From: a virus
Lineage: Duplodnaviria; Caudoviricetes
Virus record (IMG/VR): IMGVR_UViG_3300020059_000004
Coordinates: 1-38,077 of that record
Length of the DNA: 38,077 nucleotides
Direction: 5' to 3' (one strand)
Under the pieces are notes generated by a model that had not been told where the DNA came from, made no database searches, and saw only the letters and a program-made list of their open reading frames with translations. This document shows positions 24,365-32,871 of the stretch, piece after piece. The translations under genes and the position numbers were made by a program. Within the stretch, counting starts at the first letter, position 1. Each line of letters starts with the position of its first letter.

Positions 24365-25672
24365 TTAAGCTGGTGTCCAGCTACCGACCATTGAAATAAC
24401 ACGCCACGTTGTATTTGCGGCAGAACATACCAAAGTTAATGCATCTCCAACGAGCGAAGAGGTCAAGGTGCCAGTAGCGCCCAATGTGGTGCTGGTGTTA
24501 GCTATGAATATTTGTTGGCCCGCCGCTTGAGTAAACTGAATACCAGTAGCTGCATTTATATTCGATACTTCTATGGTATCACCTACTGCCGATATTGCCG
24601 GCAATAGCAATGCCAGAGTTCCTGCCTTGTTGCAGAAGTATCCATTGTTTACGGCAGCCGTTTGATTAGCAGTAATTACTGACCATGTAAATGATCCCAT
24701 ACCAGTCGCAGCAATCGTTATCAGGTTAGCTGCTGGTGTAACGGTAATACCCGCTCCTGCGGTTATCGTTGCGGTTCCCAGTTGATCTGAAGCCATGGTT
24801 AATACTTTAGCAACCGATCCAACGTTTACCCCATCAATGCCCGCAAAGAATGCAGTTGTATGAACACCATTAGTTCCAATGCGAATACGAGCAGAATCTG
24901 CCACAGCACCAATAGAACCTAAAGCGATGTTATTTGATACTGCCGAACCCCATGCGCTACCCGATTGGTATCCAAGGGACACGTTGCTGTTGCCAGATTG
25001 GAGTAATAATCCCGATTGGAATCCGATTAATGTGTTGTTGCCACCAGTATTTAATGCAGTTCCCGCACTGGCACCAAAGGCACTGTTCTGCGAACCCCCA
25101 ATCACATTCTGAAGGCTTGCATTACCGAACGCACTGTTGCTGGAACCAGAGGTGATGCTCTGAAGTACGCCTGAGCCAAATCCGTCATTTGCAGCACCAA
25201 TAGTTATTCCAGAGCCATTATTGCCCAGGATTAAGTTTGATTTATTGAAATCTAATGTGATTGTGCCCGCAGCTCCCACAAAGGTTGGAGTTGCATTGGC
25301 AGTAATAAGATTGATGGCTCCCGTTTGAGCAGGGCCACTATTGCCTGTAATTGAAGTTACGCTGGCAGCAGGAGCAGCCCATACAGGATCTAAACCTGTA
25401 ACTGCCGTAAGAATTTGTCCCGTCGTTCCATTCACCAGAGAGTTAATAGAACCCGTTGCATTACCAAGCAATACAGAGTGATTAGTATTGCCCGTAACGG
25501 CTATAGTTTCGGTGAATGTGAATGGGTTTCCTGATACGGTGATATTGTTACCACCAACAACGAATATAGTCTGAGCGGCATTGGGGCCTACAGGGCCTCC
25601 ATTGTCACCTTGGAGGAAGCGAATAAGACCGCTTCCCGATCCAGTATTTACATTTGATCCGGCTTGAGACAT
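24365..25672 (-). CDS. Tail fibre-like protein
   Basis: N.A.G..L repeats; C-terminal AVNNGYF..L.LPA...GD.I.V domain. Confidence 0.8.
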   Translation of the reverse strand: MSQAGSNVNTGSGSGLIRFLQGDNGGPVGPNAAQTIFVVGGNNITVSGNPFTFTETIAVTGNTNHSVLLGNATGSINSLVNGTTGQILTAVTGLDPVWAAPAASVTSITGNSGPAQTGAINLITANATPTFVGAAGTITLDFNKSNLILGNNGSGITIGAANDGFGSGVLQSITSGSSNSAFGNASLQNVIGGSQNSAFGASAGTALNTGGNNTLIGFQSGLLLQSGNSNVSLGYQSGSAWGSAVSNNIALGSIGAVADSARIRIGTNGVHTTAFFAGIDGVNVGSVAKVLTMASDQLGTATITAGAGITVTPAANLITIAATGMGSFTWSVITANQTAAVNNGYFCNKAGTLALLLPAISAVGDTIEVSNINAATGIQFTQAAGQQIFIANTSTTLGATGTLTSSLVGDALTLVCSAANTTWRVISMVGSWTPA

Positions 25673-26019
25673 TAGATCACCCCCGCACCATAAAATGTGG
25701 TAAGATAAACGCTACCCAATGTAGGAGATCCTTTAACGTATAGTCGTTGGCCTTGAGCAATAGCCAAAGCTCCGCCCGTTAATGTCATATTGCTGGTAAC
25801 ATCAAGAAGCAAGAACCCATTTGCAGCCACAACAAAATGGTCATTAACTCCATCAAGACTGAATGTAAGTAATACATCAGTAGCATTGACTACATAAAAG
25901 ATACGAACAGGATATAAGAAAGCAGACCCAACGCCTGCATATGTGCCCGAAATTGACCCAAAGGCCAACGTTCTGAGAACTTCTGGATATAAGCGTACGG
26001 CTAAATTTTGTGCTGACAT
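25672..26019 (-). CDS. Small beta-rich virion protein (paralog A)
   Basis: AAGGAG SD before MSAQNL; FSLDG.ND, GQRLYVKG. Confidence 0.7.
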   Translation of the reverse strand: MSAQNLAVRLYPEVLRTLAFGSISGTYAGVGSAFLYPVRIFYVVNATDVLLTFSLDGVNDHFVVAANGFLLLDVTSNMTLTGGALAIAQGQRLYVKGSPTLGSVYLTTFYGAGVI

Positions 26020-26029
26020 AATGAACTCC

Positions 26030-26371
26030 TTAAGAGTTAACAGGGGTATAGTATCCCGAAAGAGTGATATTCCCGGTTCCCGCGGTTCCTCGGGCATAGA
26101 TTATTTGTCCCTTAGCCCATAACGCACAATTTCCTTGTGGACTACTTGAACCTTCGCCGCCATATAATTCGAGAGTATCAAGGGTCTTTAATTGCTCATT
26201 ATCATTTGCCCCATCAAAGCTGATGATGATAGGGGTTGTTCCAAGATTGACGATTCGTATGAGAAAACACGCTTGATCCAATCCCAGGGGATTTATTGGT
26301 TGAAAAGCTGTCAATAAAGCACTTGAGAGAAATGTCTCAAGTGGTATTGCATGAATACTATTTTTTGCCAT
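26030..26371 (-). CDS. Small beta-rich virion protein (paralog B)
   Basis: AAGGAG SD; ISFDG.ND, GQIIYARG. Confidence 0.7.
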   Translation of the reverse strand: MAKNSIHAIPLETFLSSALLTAFQPINPLGLDQACFLIRIVNLGTTPIIISFDGANDNEQLKTLDTLELYGGEGSSSPQGNCALWAKGQIIYARGTAGTGNITLSGYYTPVNS

Positions 26372-26391
26372 ACTACTACTCCTTTTTTGAA

Positions 26392-26622
26392 TTATGCGTT
26401 TACAACTTCCGCTTCGACCACTTCTGGCTCAACGGAAACAGCGTCCTCTGAAGCTTTGGCCTCGGCTTCTGCTTTCTCACGTTCTTCTTTTAATGTCACA
26501 AAATCGGCTTTTAATTGCTCAAGAGCAAGCATAACTTCATCAAAGTTTGAGTTAGCAGGGATAAACTGGAAGGTCTTTTCATTAACGACTACTGAAAATA
26601 TGCTTAATAGATTTTGGTTCAT
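26392..26622 (-). CDS. Small acidic coiled-coil protein (possible fibre chaperone)
   Basis: AAGGA SD before MNQNLL. Confidence 0.6.
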   Translation of the reverse strand: MNQNLLSIFSVVVNEKTFQFIPANSNFDEVMLALEQLKADFVTLKEEREKAEAEAKASEDAVSVEPEVVEAEVVNA

Positions 26623-26708
26623 AGCCCAATCCTTGAATGATATTGTTAAAAAACTACCAGGCAAGAGGATATCACATTTTTGCCTGGTAGTTGAATTGGA
26701 ATAATATC

Positions 26709-27491
26709 TTATGTTGTAGCAGTATAGTATGGAATGAACACAGCAGTTGCCCCAACGTAAAATTTCAAGAATCCTGCATTAGTACCAGCTCCTGCACCCG
26801 AAGTTGAAGTGATTGAAAATACGCCGGTTCCACCTGCAACGGGAACAAATACGTTGGATATACCAGTAGTTAATGCGGCGCCACCAGCATCTCCCGTAGC
26901 ATAGAATGTAGAAGCTGCAAGATATGAAGAAGCAGTCATATTACCGGTCAGGGTATTATTAGCACCAACAAAGGTTAATTTACCCGTAGTATTACCTATT
27001 GAAGTAGCGGCAGTTCCTGCGGTATTTATGTTACTTATACCAGTAGCATTTATACCACCCGTAGTTGCCACCAATCCGGTGGAAGCAGTTAAAGAACCAG
27101 TAACAGCAGTATTTCCGGTAGCATTACCAAGATTCAAGGCTCCTGTACCACCTGTATTAATGGATGTTACGGCAGCTCCTGAAGTATTAATATTAGCGGT
27201 TCCCGTTTGAGTCAATACCCCAGTAAAGGTGATAGGGCCTGGCGTAACTACAAGACTAGAGAAAACGCCAGCTCCACCTGAAGACTCTATTAATTGCCAG
27301 GTTGCCGAACCGCTTGCAACTAAAGCCAAAACATACACAAGGCTCGTGCTTAAGTTTACCCATAAAGTACCAGGAAGGTATCCCGTATCGTTAGTTGTAG
27401 GTGCTCTTTTAGCCTGTATTGGGCGCGGAGCCATATTTGGTAGCGGTTCTGATAATCCATAAGCTACCTTATTGATATATTGATTTGCCAT
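26709..27491 (-). CDS. Fibre-like structural protein
   Basis: RAPTTND..GTLWVN N-domain shared with 21370-23007; G/T/A-rich repeats. Confidence 0.75.
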   Translation of the reverse strand: MANQYINKVAYGLSEPLPNMAPRPIQAKRAPTTNDTGYLPGTLWVNLSTSLVYVLALVASGSATWQLIESSGGAGVFSSLVVTPGPITFTGVLTQTGTANINTSGAAVTSINTGGTGALNLGNATGNTAVTGSLTASTGLVATTGGINATGISNINTAGTAATSIGNTTGKLTFVGANNTLTGNMTASSYLAASTFYATGDAGGAALTTGISNVFVPVAGGTGVFSITSTSGAGAGTNAGFLKFYVGATAVFIPYYTATT

Positions 27492-27576
27492 TTTCTCTCC
27501 TAAAAGGGGTAATTGAGGTTATTTTACCCTAAAGAACCATATATTTACCCTGGAAGCAAGATATTTAAATAATTGC

Positions 27577-27602
27577 TTGACACGGATGTGCCCTTGTGTC
27601 AA
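27577..27602. promoter_or_regulatory. Inverted repeat operator/promoter TTGACAC-N12-GTGTCAA
   Basis: Perfect 7-bp inverted repeat containing TTGACA on both strands, just upstream of RHH gene. Confidence 0.6.
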
Positions 27603-27633
27603 ACTATAAGTAACATACAATAAAGGGAAAAAT

Positions 27634-27801
27634 ATGAATGAAACAAAGAGAACTAGACTCTCAGTAGACATAGATGATGTTACGCATAGACATATTAAAA
27701 AAATTGCAATTGATAAAAATGTTACTATTAGGGATTGGGTGATGGAGGCGATATCGGATAAGATTTTGAAAGATGTAAACCTAGGATTCTCAAAGGAATA
27801 A
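27634..27801 (+). CDS. Ribbon-helix-helix regulator (55 aa), not in ORF track
   Basis: MNETKRTRLSVDIDDVTHRHIKKIAIDKNVTIRDWVMEAI: alternating beta strand + two helices; AAGGGA SD. Confidence 0.8.
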   Translation: MNETKRTRLSVDIDDVTHRHIKKIAIDKNVTIRDWVMEAISDKILKDVNLGFSKE

Positions 27802-27802
27802 A

Positions 27803-27994
27803 ATGAAAAAATTATTATTACTCACATTACTCTCAGCTCAATCGTTTGCCGTTAAACCAACAGTTCCATTTATCGTTTGGAGTGGGACTGTGTTTGTAGC
27901 AAGCATCAGCAATGCCATCAGATTGATCAAAAAAGACCAAGGTAAGAAGATTGTTGCTAAGCCGGTACAAACAAATGAAGCATCATTACGATGA
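27803..27994 (+). CDS. Small protein with signal peptide and TM segment
   Basis: MKKLLLLTLLSAQSFA; AAGGA SD. Confidence 0.7.
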   Translation: MKKLLLLTLLSAQSFAVKPTVPFIVWSGTVFVASISNAIRLIKKDQGKKIVAKPVQTNEASLR

Positions 27995-28431
27995 ATAGTT
28001 TAGAACAAAACATGGCTGAAGATGAATTAGATATGGATATACCTCTAAAAAATAAAAAGTATTTTGGCCCTAAAAATCATGAATATTTTATGGGAAAAGC
28101 CGCTGAAGAATTAAGAGACAACTGGATTCTTTTTTTGACATTTATGCATGAGGTAGATCAAAAATATAATACTAATCTTGTTGAAATTTTTAGTCATGCA
28201 ACCGAAGTTTCAGTGAACATAAATATTAATCGAGTAATGAACGCAGTAGCTATAAAATTAATCATATCAATAGACCTGGGAAGTGAATTAAAACATCTTA
28301 AAGAAAAACTCGAACAGTTTATAAAAGAAAATTTTGAAGCTATTTCAATTAAATTACCATATCAGGAAATAAAATTGGAATTTATGGGAAAGTATCAGAA
28401 TAAAACTAAGTTTTCCGTTCACAATCTATAA
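27991..28431 (+). CDS. Hypothetical protein (AT-rich)
   Basis: ATGA coupling; 146 aa. Confidence 0.65.
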   Translation: MNSLEQNMAEDELDMDIPLKNKKYFGPKNHEYFMGKAAEELRDNWILFLTFMHEVDQKYNTNLVEIFSHATEVSVNININRVMNAVAIKLIISIDLGSELKHLKEKLEQFIKENFEAISIKLPYQEIKLEFMGKYQNKTKFSVHNL

Positions 28432-28432
28432 G

Positions 28433-28465
28433 GATTACGAAATGATTACGAAATGATTACGAAAT
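28433..28465. repeat. Tandem repeat 3 x GATTACGAAAT
   Basis: Three exact 11-bp units. Confidence 0.9.
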
Positions 28466-28665
28466 TTTAATACAATAAGAATTCTGTCACTGATGGTTGC
28501 AGAATTATAGAATCGCGCAGCAGCTGCTGCGGAAATTGTTCAAGTGCCAGTACAAACAGTTGTTAAGGATAAATAGATGACTCAATTTATTTTAATAATG
28601 TGGATTGTTTGGGTGTTCAGTCATGCTGCTGAAGAATCACAATCAGAAAAAGTTTACAATCGACA

Positions 28666-30624
28666 TTACGATGATTGATTATCCATTATCTCTGGAATTC
28701 CTCTTATGCCAACTTGAGCTGCTTCAAGCAGATTTTTACCTGCTTGTTCCATCAACCTCACGTTAGACGAATTAGAAACTAATATCGCATCTTCCACGGC
28801 TTTTAAAAATTCGGGGTCAGTAATTAAGTTTGCTACTCCTTTAACGCCAGCCAAGCCTCCTAAGCTGTTCATGGCTGGAAGAAAATTTCCATAAAGAGCC
28901 TGACCAAAATCAGAGAGAATTTTCGATACTGCAGCCATATTAATTATAGTAGTTCCCGATTGACTAGTGTTGAGAAATTTGGAGGCAGATTCTGCAATAT
29001 TACCTGTCAAAGAAGTCAAATTTTTGAGCCTATCGAATTCTGATTTAGGTATCAATTCTTTAAGGATTTCTTGTGTTTTGGGTTGTTTCAATACATTCCC
29101 AATTCTGCCAAATTGTATCTGATCCTTTATATTTTTTTCTAATGCCTTTCCCACCATGTCATCTATCTTATATCTCGATAAATCATTAAATAGTGATTTG
29201 CCTTCAGAAGAATGAGATAAGGCTTTTTTTACGTCTCTAATACCAGCCGTAGTGTTCATTTTATTAAATATGCTGGCTGGGTCTTGTGTCTTCAATACAT
29301 TAGATATATTCGTATTTCTAAATGTTTTTGCATGTTGAGCAAACTCTTTATTAGCAGATTTCCAAGCGTTGCCAAATTGTGGATTTGTAGCTCCGTATTT
29401 AGTTAAAGTATCATCAATCGTTTTCACTACTTTTTTTAATAATTGCTTTGATCCGCCTTGAATTTCGTAGTCGATGATATCATTCAAAGCAATTTTATTA
29501 TTGATCAGAGATTCGACAGATGATACGCCTTTCCATAATCCATCTCGTTCAAGAGGATCATTTAATTTTTTAAGAACATCAATTACTTTTGATTGCTCAG
29601 GTGATTTAATAGATCCTGGAGTTAATGAATTTTTAATTTTTTCTACAACGCCTTTAATTTCATGCGTGTTAACAAGAACATCTTTTCCGGTATTTCTTGC
29701 TACTTCATATAATTTTCTAGCGCTATCTAAACTTGATTGCTGATTTGCCTTTATGGCATTTTGTACCGATTCTCCGGCTTGAAAATTATTTTGTAAAGTA
29801 GCCTCACCAATAGTATCGGCTATCGATTTATATTCATTAATTACTTGCTGTGATATATCTTTTTTAAATGTTTCAAGGGCATCACCAACCAAGGGTGATT
29901 GTGCTATTTGATTTTGTATAAATTTGACTGCGCCATGATCAGTTATACTTCCTAAATCTAATTGAACTCCCGCTTGTCGAGCATCCTGTATAAGTTGTTT
30001 TTTTACTTCAACATTGGATGGCTTGACTAGCTTGGCCACTCCCTTTGCCAATACTTGCTTTGGTGATGTTACTGTCCGAGCTGCTCCCTTGGCCAGGTTT
30101 TCTATGCCTCCCGGAAGAAGTGCTCCAACAGCTCCCGTCATAAATTGACCTACGGGCCCTAGTTTTTGATCTTCACCTAATTGCGATCCTGCTGCTAACC
30201 CAGCAAGAGATAAAGCTTCTCGAGCGCCACTTATTCCACCAAATGCAGGTGACTCACCTACGAATCTTGTAAACTTCTCTATTCCTTTTTCTACAGACCC
30301 TTGAGGTTCAAGTGATCCCTTTGGAAATCCTTGCGACTTTTCACGAGCTGACCTTATTTCTTCAGAAACGGTTGGGCCTTCATAGAGTTCTTTGGTTATT
30401 TCTGGCATGCCTCCTCGACGCGAAGGAGCTAAGTCTGCTAAATCTCTACCAATTGATTGAGCAAATTGAGGAATAGCTGTACCTATAGCATTAGCAGTAT
30501 TTTCAGCTATTCTTCGAAGGGTTCCTGGAGCATTGTCTTGTCTTTTAAATTGTTCAAAATCATTAGATGGTACATCTTTTTTAGGACTAGGATTTCTTAA
30601 GAATTGAGCGAATTCATTGTTCAT
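28666..30624 (-). CDS. Putative DNA ejection/internal virion protein (large)
   Basis: 652 aa, helical, third of three genes after tail nozzle, as for P22 gp7/gp20/gp16. Confidence 0.65.
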   Translation of the reverse strand: MNNEFAQFLRNPSPKKDVPSNDFEQFKRQDNAPGTLRRIAENTANAIGTAIPQFAQSIGRDLADLAPSRRGGMPEITKELYEGPTVSEEIRSAREKSQGFPKGSLEPQGSVEKGIEKFTRFVGESPAFGGISGAREALSLAGLAAGSQLGEDQKLGPVGQFMTGAVGALLPGGIENLAKGAARTVTSPKQVLAKGVAKLVKPSNVEVKKQLIQDARQAGVQLDLGSITDHGAVKFIQNQIAQSPLVGDALETFKKDISQQVINEYKSIADTIGEATLQNNFQAGESVQNAIKANQQSSLDSARKLYEVARNTGKDVLVNTHEIKGVVEKIKNSLTPGSIKSPEQSKVIDVLKKLNDPLERDGLWKGVSSVESLINNKIALNDIIDYEIQGGSKQLLKKVVKTIDDTLTKYGATNPQFGNAWKSANKEFAQHAKTFRNTNISNVLKTQDPASIFNKMNTTAGIRDVKKALSHSSEGKSLFNDLSRYKIDDMVGKALEKNIKDQIQFGRIGNVLKQPKTQEILKELIPKSEFDRLKNLTSLTGNIAESASKFLNTSQSGTTIINMAAVSKILSDFGQALYGNFLPAMNSLGGLAGVKGVANLITDPEFLKAVEDAILVSNSSNVRLMEQAGKNLLEAAQVGIRGIPEIMDNQSS

Positions 30625-31619
30625 CGCAGACCCGCCTTTTTAGCTTTTTCTACCTGATCTTCGGGAATATCATAAATTGCTCCTGAAGCATCTCTCATTT
30701 CAATGGTGCCCTTAGATGATCTTTCAGGAGATGATCCCTTTAAATCAAATATTTCTTTTAATGCAGACATCTTTCCTTTAATAGCAGCATCGGTATCCCA
30801 AGAATTAGGAGCTAAGTTCTTTATATAATTAAATCGTTCTTTAGACATCGTGCCTTTAGGATTTAATAAAGGTATCAAATTTGATATATATACTTCACTT
30901 AAAGTATCCAATTCGTTTCTTAGTTTTCTACCTTCAGGAGTCAACCCCGTAAGGCTATATCCTGTATATCCCGAATCTAATATTTCTTGTGTTCTATCAT
31001 AAGCTTTTTGAACATGTTTTTTTGCTTCTACTTTTTTTTGCGTATCTTGTTCAAGTTTCAGGTTTTGACTGGCTGTTAAACCTTTAGTCCCTCCCGCGCC
31101 CTCTTGACTGCCTTTAGCTAACGATTGTGCAAAGGATGGTTTTTGTTGCGGCTTAGATTGTGTAAGTTGTTGTTGTGCTTGCTGTACTTTTTCGCGAATC
31201 TGTTGTTGTTCCCTGCCGCCATATTCAGGTTGTCTTTGTCCTTGGAATCCAGGAGCATAAGGAATCTGTGGTCTTTGCTGCATCTCTTGCTGCTGTTGTT
31301 GAAGCGCCTGCAAACCTTGCTGTTGGCCCATTTGTTCTTGTTGTTGATTCTGTTGCAGATTTTGCAACCCAGATGAATATTGCTGCAAGAACTCCATGCG
31401 CTCTTTAGCTGGTTGGGAAGCGAGGAAATTAACTGCTTCATGGGGCAATTCTGGGAATGCACCCATTATTTCATCAGCATCCCTTTTACGCTGGATATCT
31501 TGCATTTTAGCATGAGCAAGACCTTGTAATCCTTCAGATATCACATCGCCTATTCCGCCACCTATTAAGGATCCTAATCCTGCGGCTCCGCCCGATCTTG
31601 GAATTGATTGTATTGGCAT
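30621..31619 (-). CDS. Putative DNA ejection protein
   Basis: Gly-rich N-terminus, Q-rich middle; position. Confidence 0.65.
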   Translation of the reverse strand: MPIQSIPRSGGAAGLGSLIGGGIGDVISEGLQGLAHAKMQDIQRKRDADEIMGAFPELPHEAVNFLASQPAKERMEFLQQYSSGLQNLQQNQQQEQMGQQQGLQALQQQQQEMQQRPQIPYAPGFQGQRQPEYGGREQQQIREKVQQAQQQLTQSKPQQKPSFAQSLAKGSQEGAGGTKGLTASQNLKLEQDTQKKVEAKKHVQKAYDRTQEILDSGYTGYSLTGLTPEGRKLRNELDTLSEVYISNLIPLLNPKGTMSKERFNYIKNLAPNSWDTDAAIKGKMSALKEIFDLKGSSPERSSKGTIEMRDASGAIYDIPEDQVEKAKKAGLR

Positions 31620-31653
31620 AATATTGCTCCTAACTTTTTAATTTTTTTATCTA

Positions 31654-32325
31654 TCAACCACCAAAAAATGAACCGCCATATCCTGCACCATATGCTTTTG
31701 CGGCAGCTCCTACGCCTTTCATAGCAAGTTGGTAAGAATCCTGGAAAAGACCATTTTGAGCTGGTCTATGAATAGTTTCAAATTGTGGATGCATACCTAA
31801 CTGAAGTTGTTCTAGGGCTTGTCCTCTATTCTGGAATCCATATTGAGATCTTAAAGCAGCAAGTTGTCTGTCTAATCCTGCCCCTGCCGCGTAGATAGCT
31901 CCTTGAGAATTTGGTGACCTTCTTGTTCCTTCTCCACCCAGCGCGGTGAATCGCTCAGCAATTCCAGGAGCAGTATTGGTAGCAAATTGTTCACGAGCTT
32001 GTTGAGCAATCGGTTCAAATCCCTCATAAGGATTCTGTAAATTTTGCATGCCGCCTTGAAGTATCTGTTGCAATACTTGCATCACTTCTGGAGTAACCGT
32101 GGGTTGTTGTTCAAATTTTTCACTACGACCCGCAAAAAAATGCTTTATTCCGCGCCCAATTCTTTTGCCTCTACTGTATTTCTTTTCAGAATTATCATAT
32201 CGTGATGGGTATTGAGCTTGCATCTGTTGTTGCATTTGCGGATACATTTGCTGTTGCATTGGTGCCATATTAGCTAGATTCTGCATTCCAGATTGAGGGT
32301 TGGATAACTGTTGTACTGATGGCAT
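31654..32325 (-). CDS. Putative DNA ejection protein (small)
   Basis: Q/G-rich with G/A-rich C-terminus; position. Confidence 0.6.
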   Translation of the reverse strand: MPSVQQLSNPQSGMQNLANMAPMQQQMYPQMQQQMQAQYPSRYDNSEKKYSRGKRIGRGIKHFFAGRSEKFEQQPTVTPEVMQVLQQILQGGMQNLQNPYEGFEPIAQQAREQFATNTAPGIAERFTALGGEGTRRSPNSQGAIYAAGAGLDRQLAALRSQYGFQNRGQALEQLQLGMHPQFETIHRPAQNGLFQDSYQLAMKGVGAAAKAYGAGYGGSFFGG

Positions 32326-32334
32326 TTTATCTCC

Positions 32335-32871
32335 TTAATTTTGCAAATATTCAAGCACGATATACGTGATATTAAAATTACTTCTATTCGATCCCGTAAT
32401 TATATAAACATTTGTTCCATCAACACGCAACTCAATATTATTTGCCAGTGTTGGTGAAGCATAAGGAATGGGAATATAATTCAATCCAGTAGTGTCCGAA
32501 GCAGTTGCATAGATGCGGGTGAAGGTAGTTGCTGCCGTACATACAATATTATGGGGTATGGTGGCAGTTCCTGTGTTGGGTAATGCCGTAGTATAATTAA
32601 TAACTTTACGATAAACCTGGCGCAATGCCGGTGATGCTGCAGTGGATGAGTTATTGTTTGGGTTGGAAAAGAATTGTTGTCCATTAAGAATCTCAAGCAC
32701 TTGATATTGACCGGTATCTTTTAAGTTTAATACCGTTGCTATCAAACTTATATTTTGATACAAGCGAACTAAAAGTTCCTTAAACTCGGGACTCTGCACA
32801 TCAACTTGCTGTAATTGCTGAACATCCCATATAAAATTAGTCGGTACAAAAGCACCACTTGTTCTGGGCAT
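32335..32871 (-). CDS. Putative tail-associated structural protein
   Basis: TAATG coupling to nozzle gene; beta-rich C-terminus ending VLEYLQN. Confidence 0.6.
   Translation of the reverse strand: MPRTSGAFVPTNFIWDVQQLQQVDVQSPEFKELLVRLYQNISLIATVLNLKDTGQYQVLEILNGQQFFSNPNNNSSTAASPALRQVYRKVINYTTALPNTGTATIPHNIVCTAATTFTRIYATASDTTGLNYIPIPYASPTLANNIELRVDGTNVYIITGSNRSNFNITYIVLEYLQN

Noticed and set aside
21620-27462. Numerous plus-strand Pro/Val/Ala-rich ORFs
   Set aside because: Antisense shadows of Gly/Thr-rich fibre genes
28433-28465. Mini CRISPR array
   Set aside because: Contiguous 11-bp units with no spacers; no cas genes
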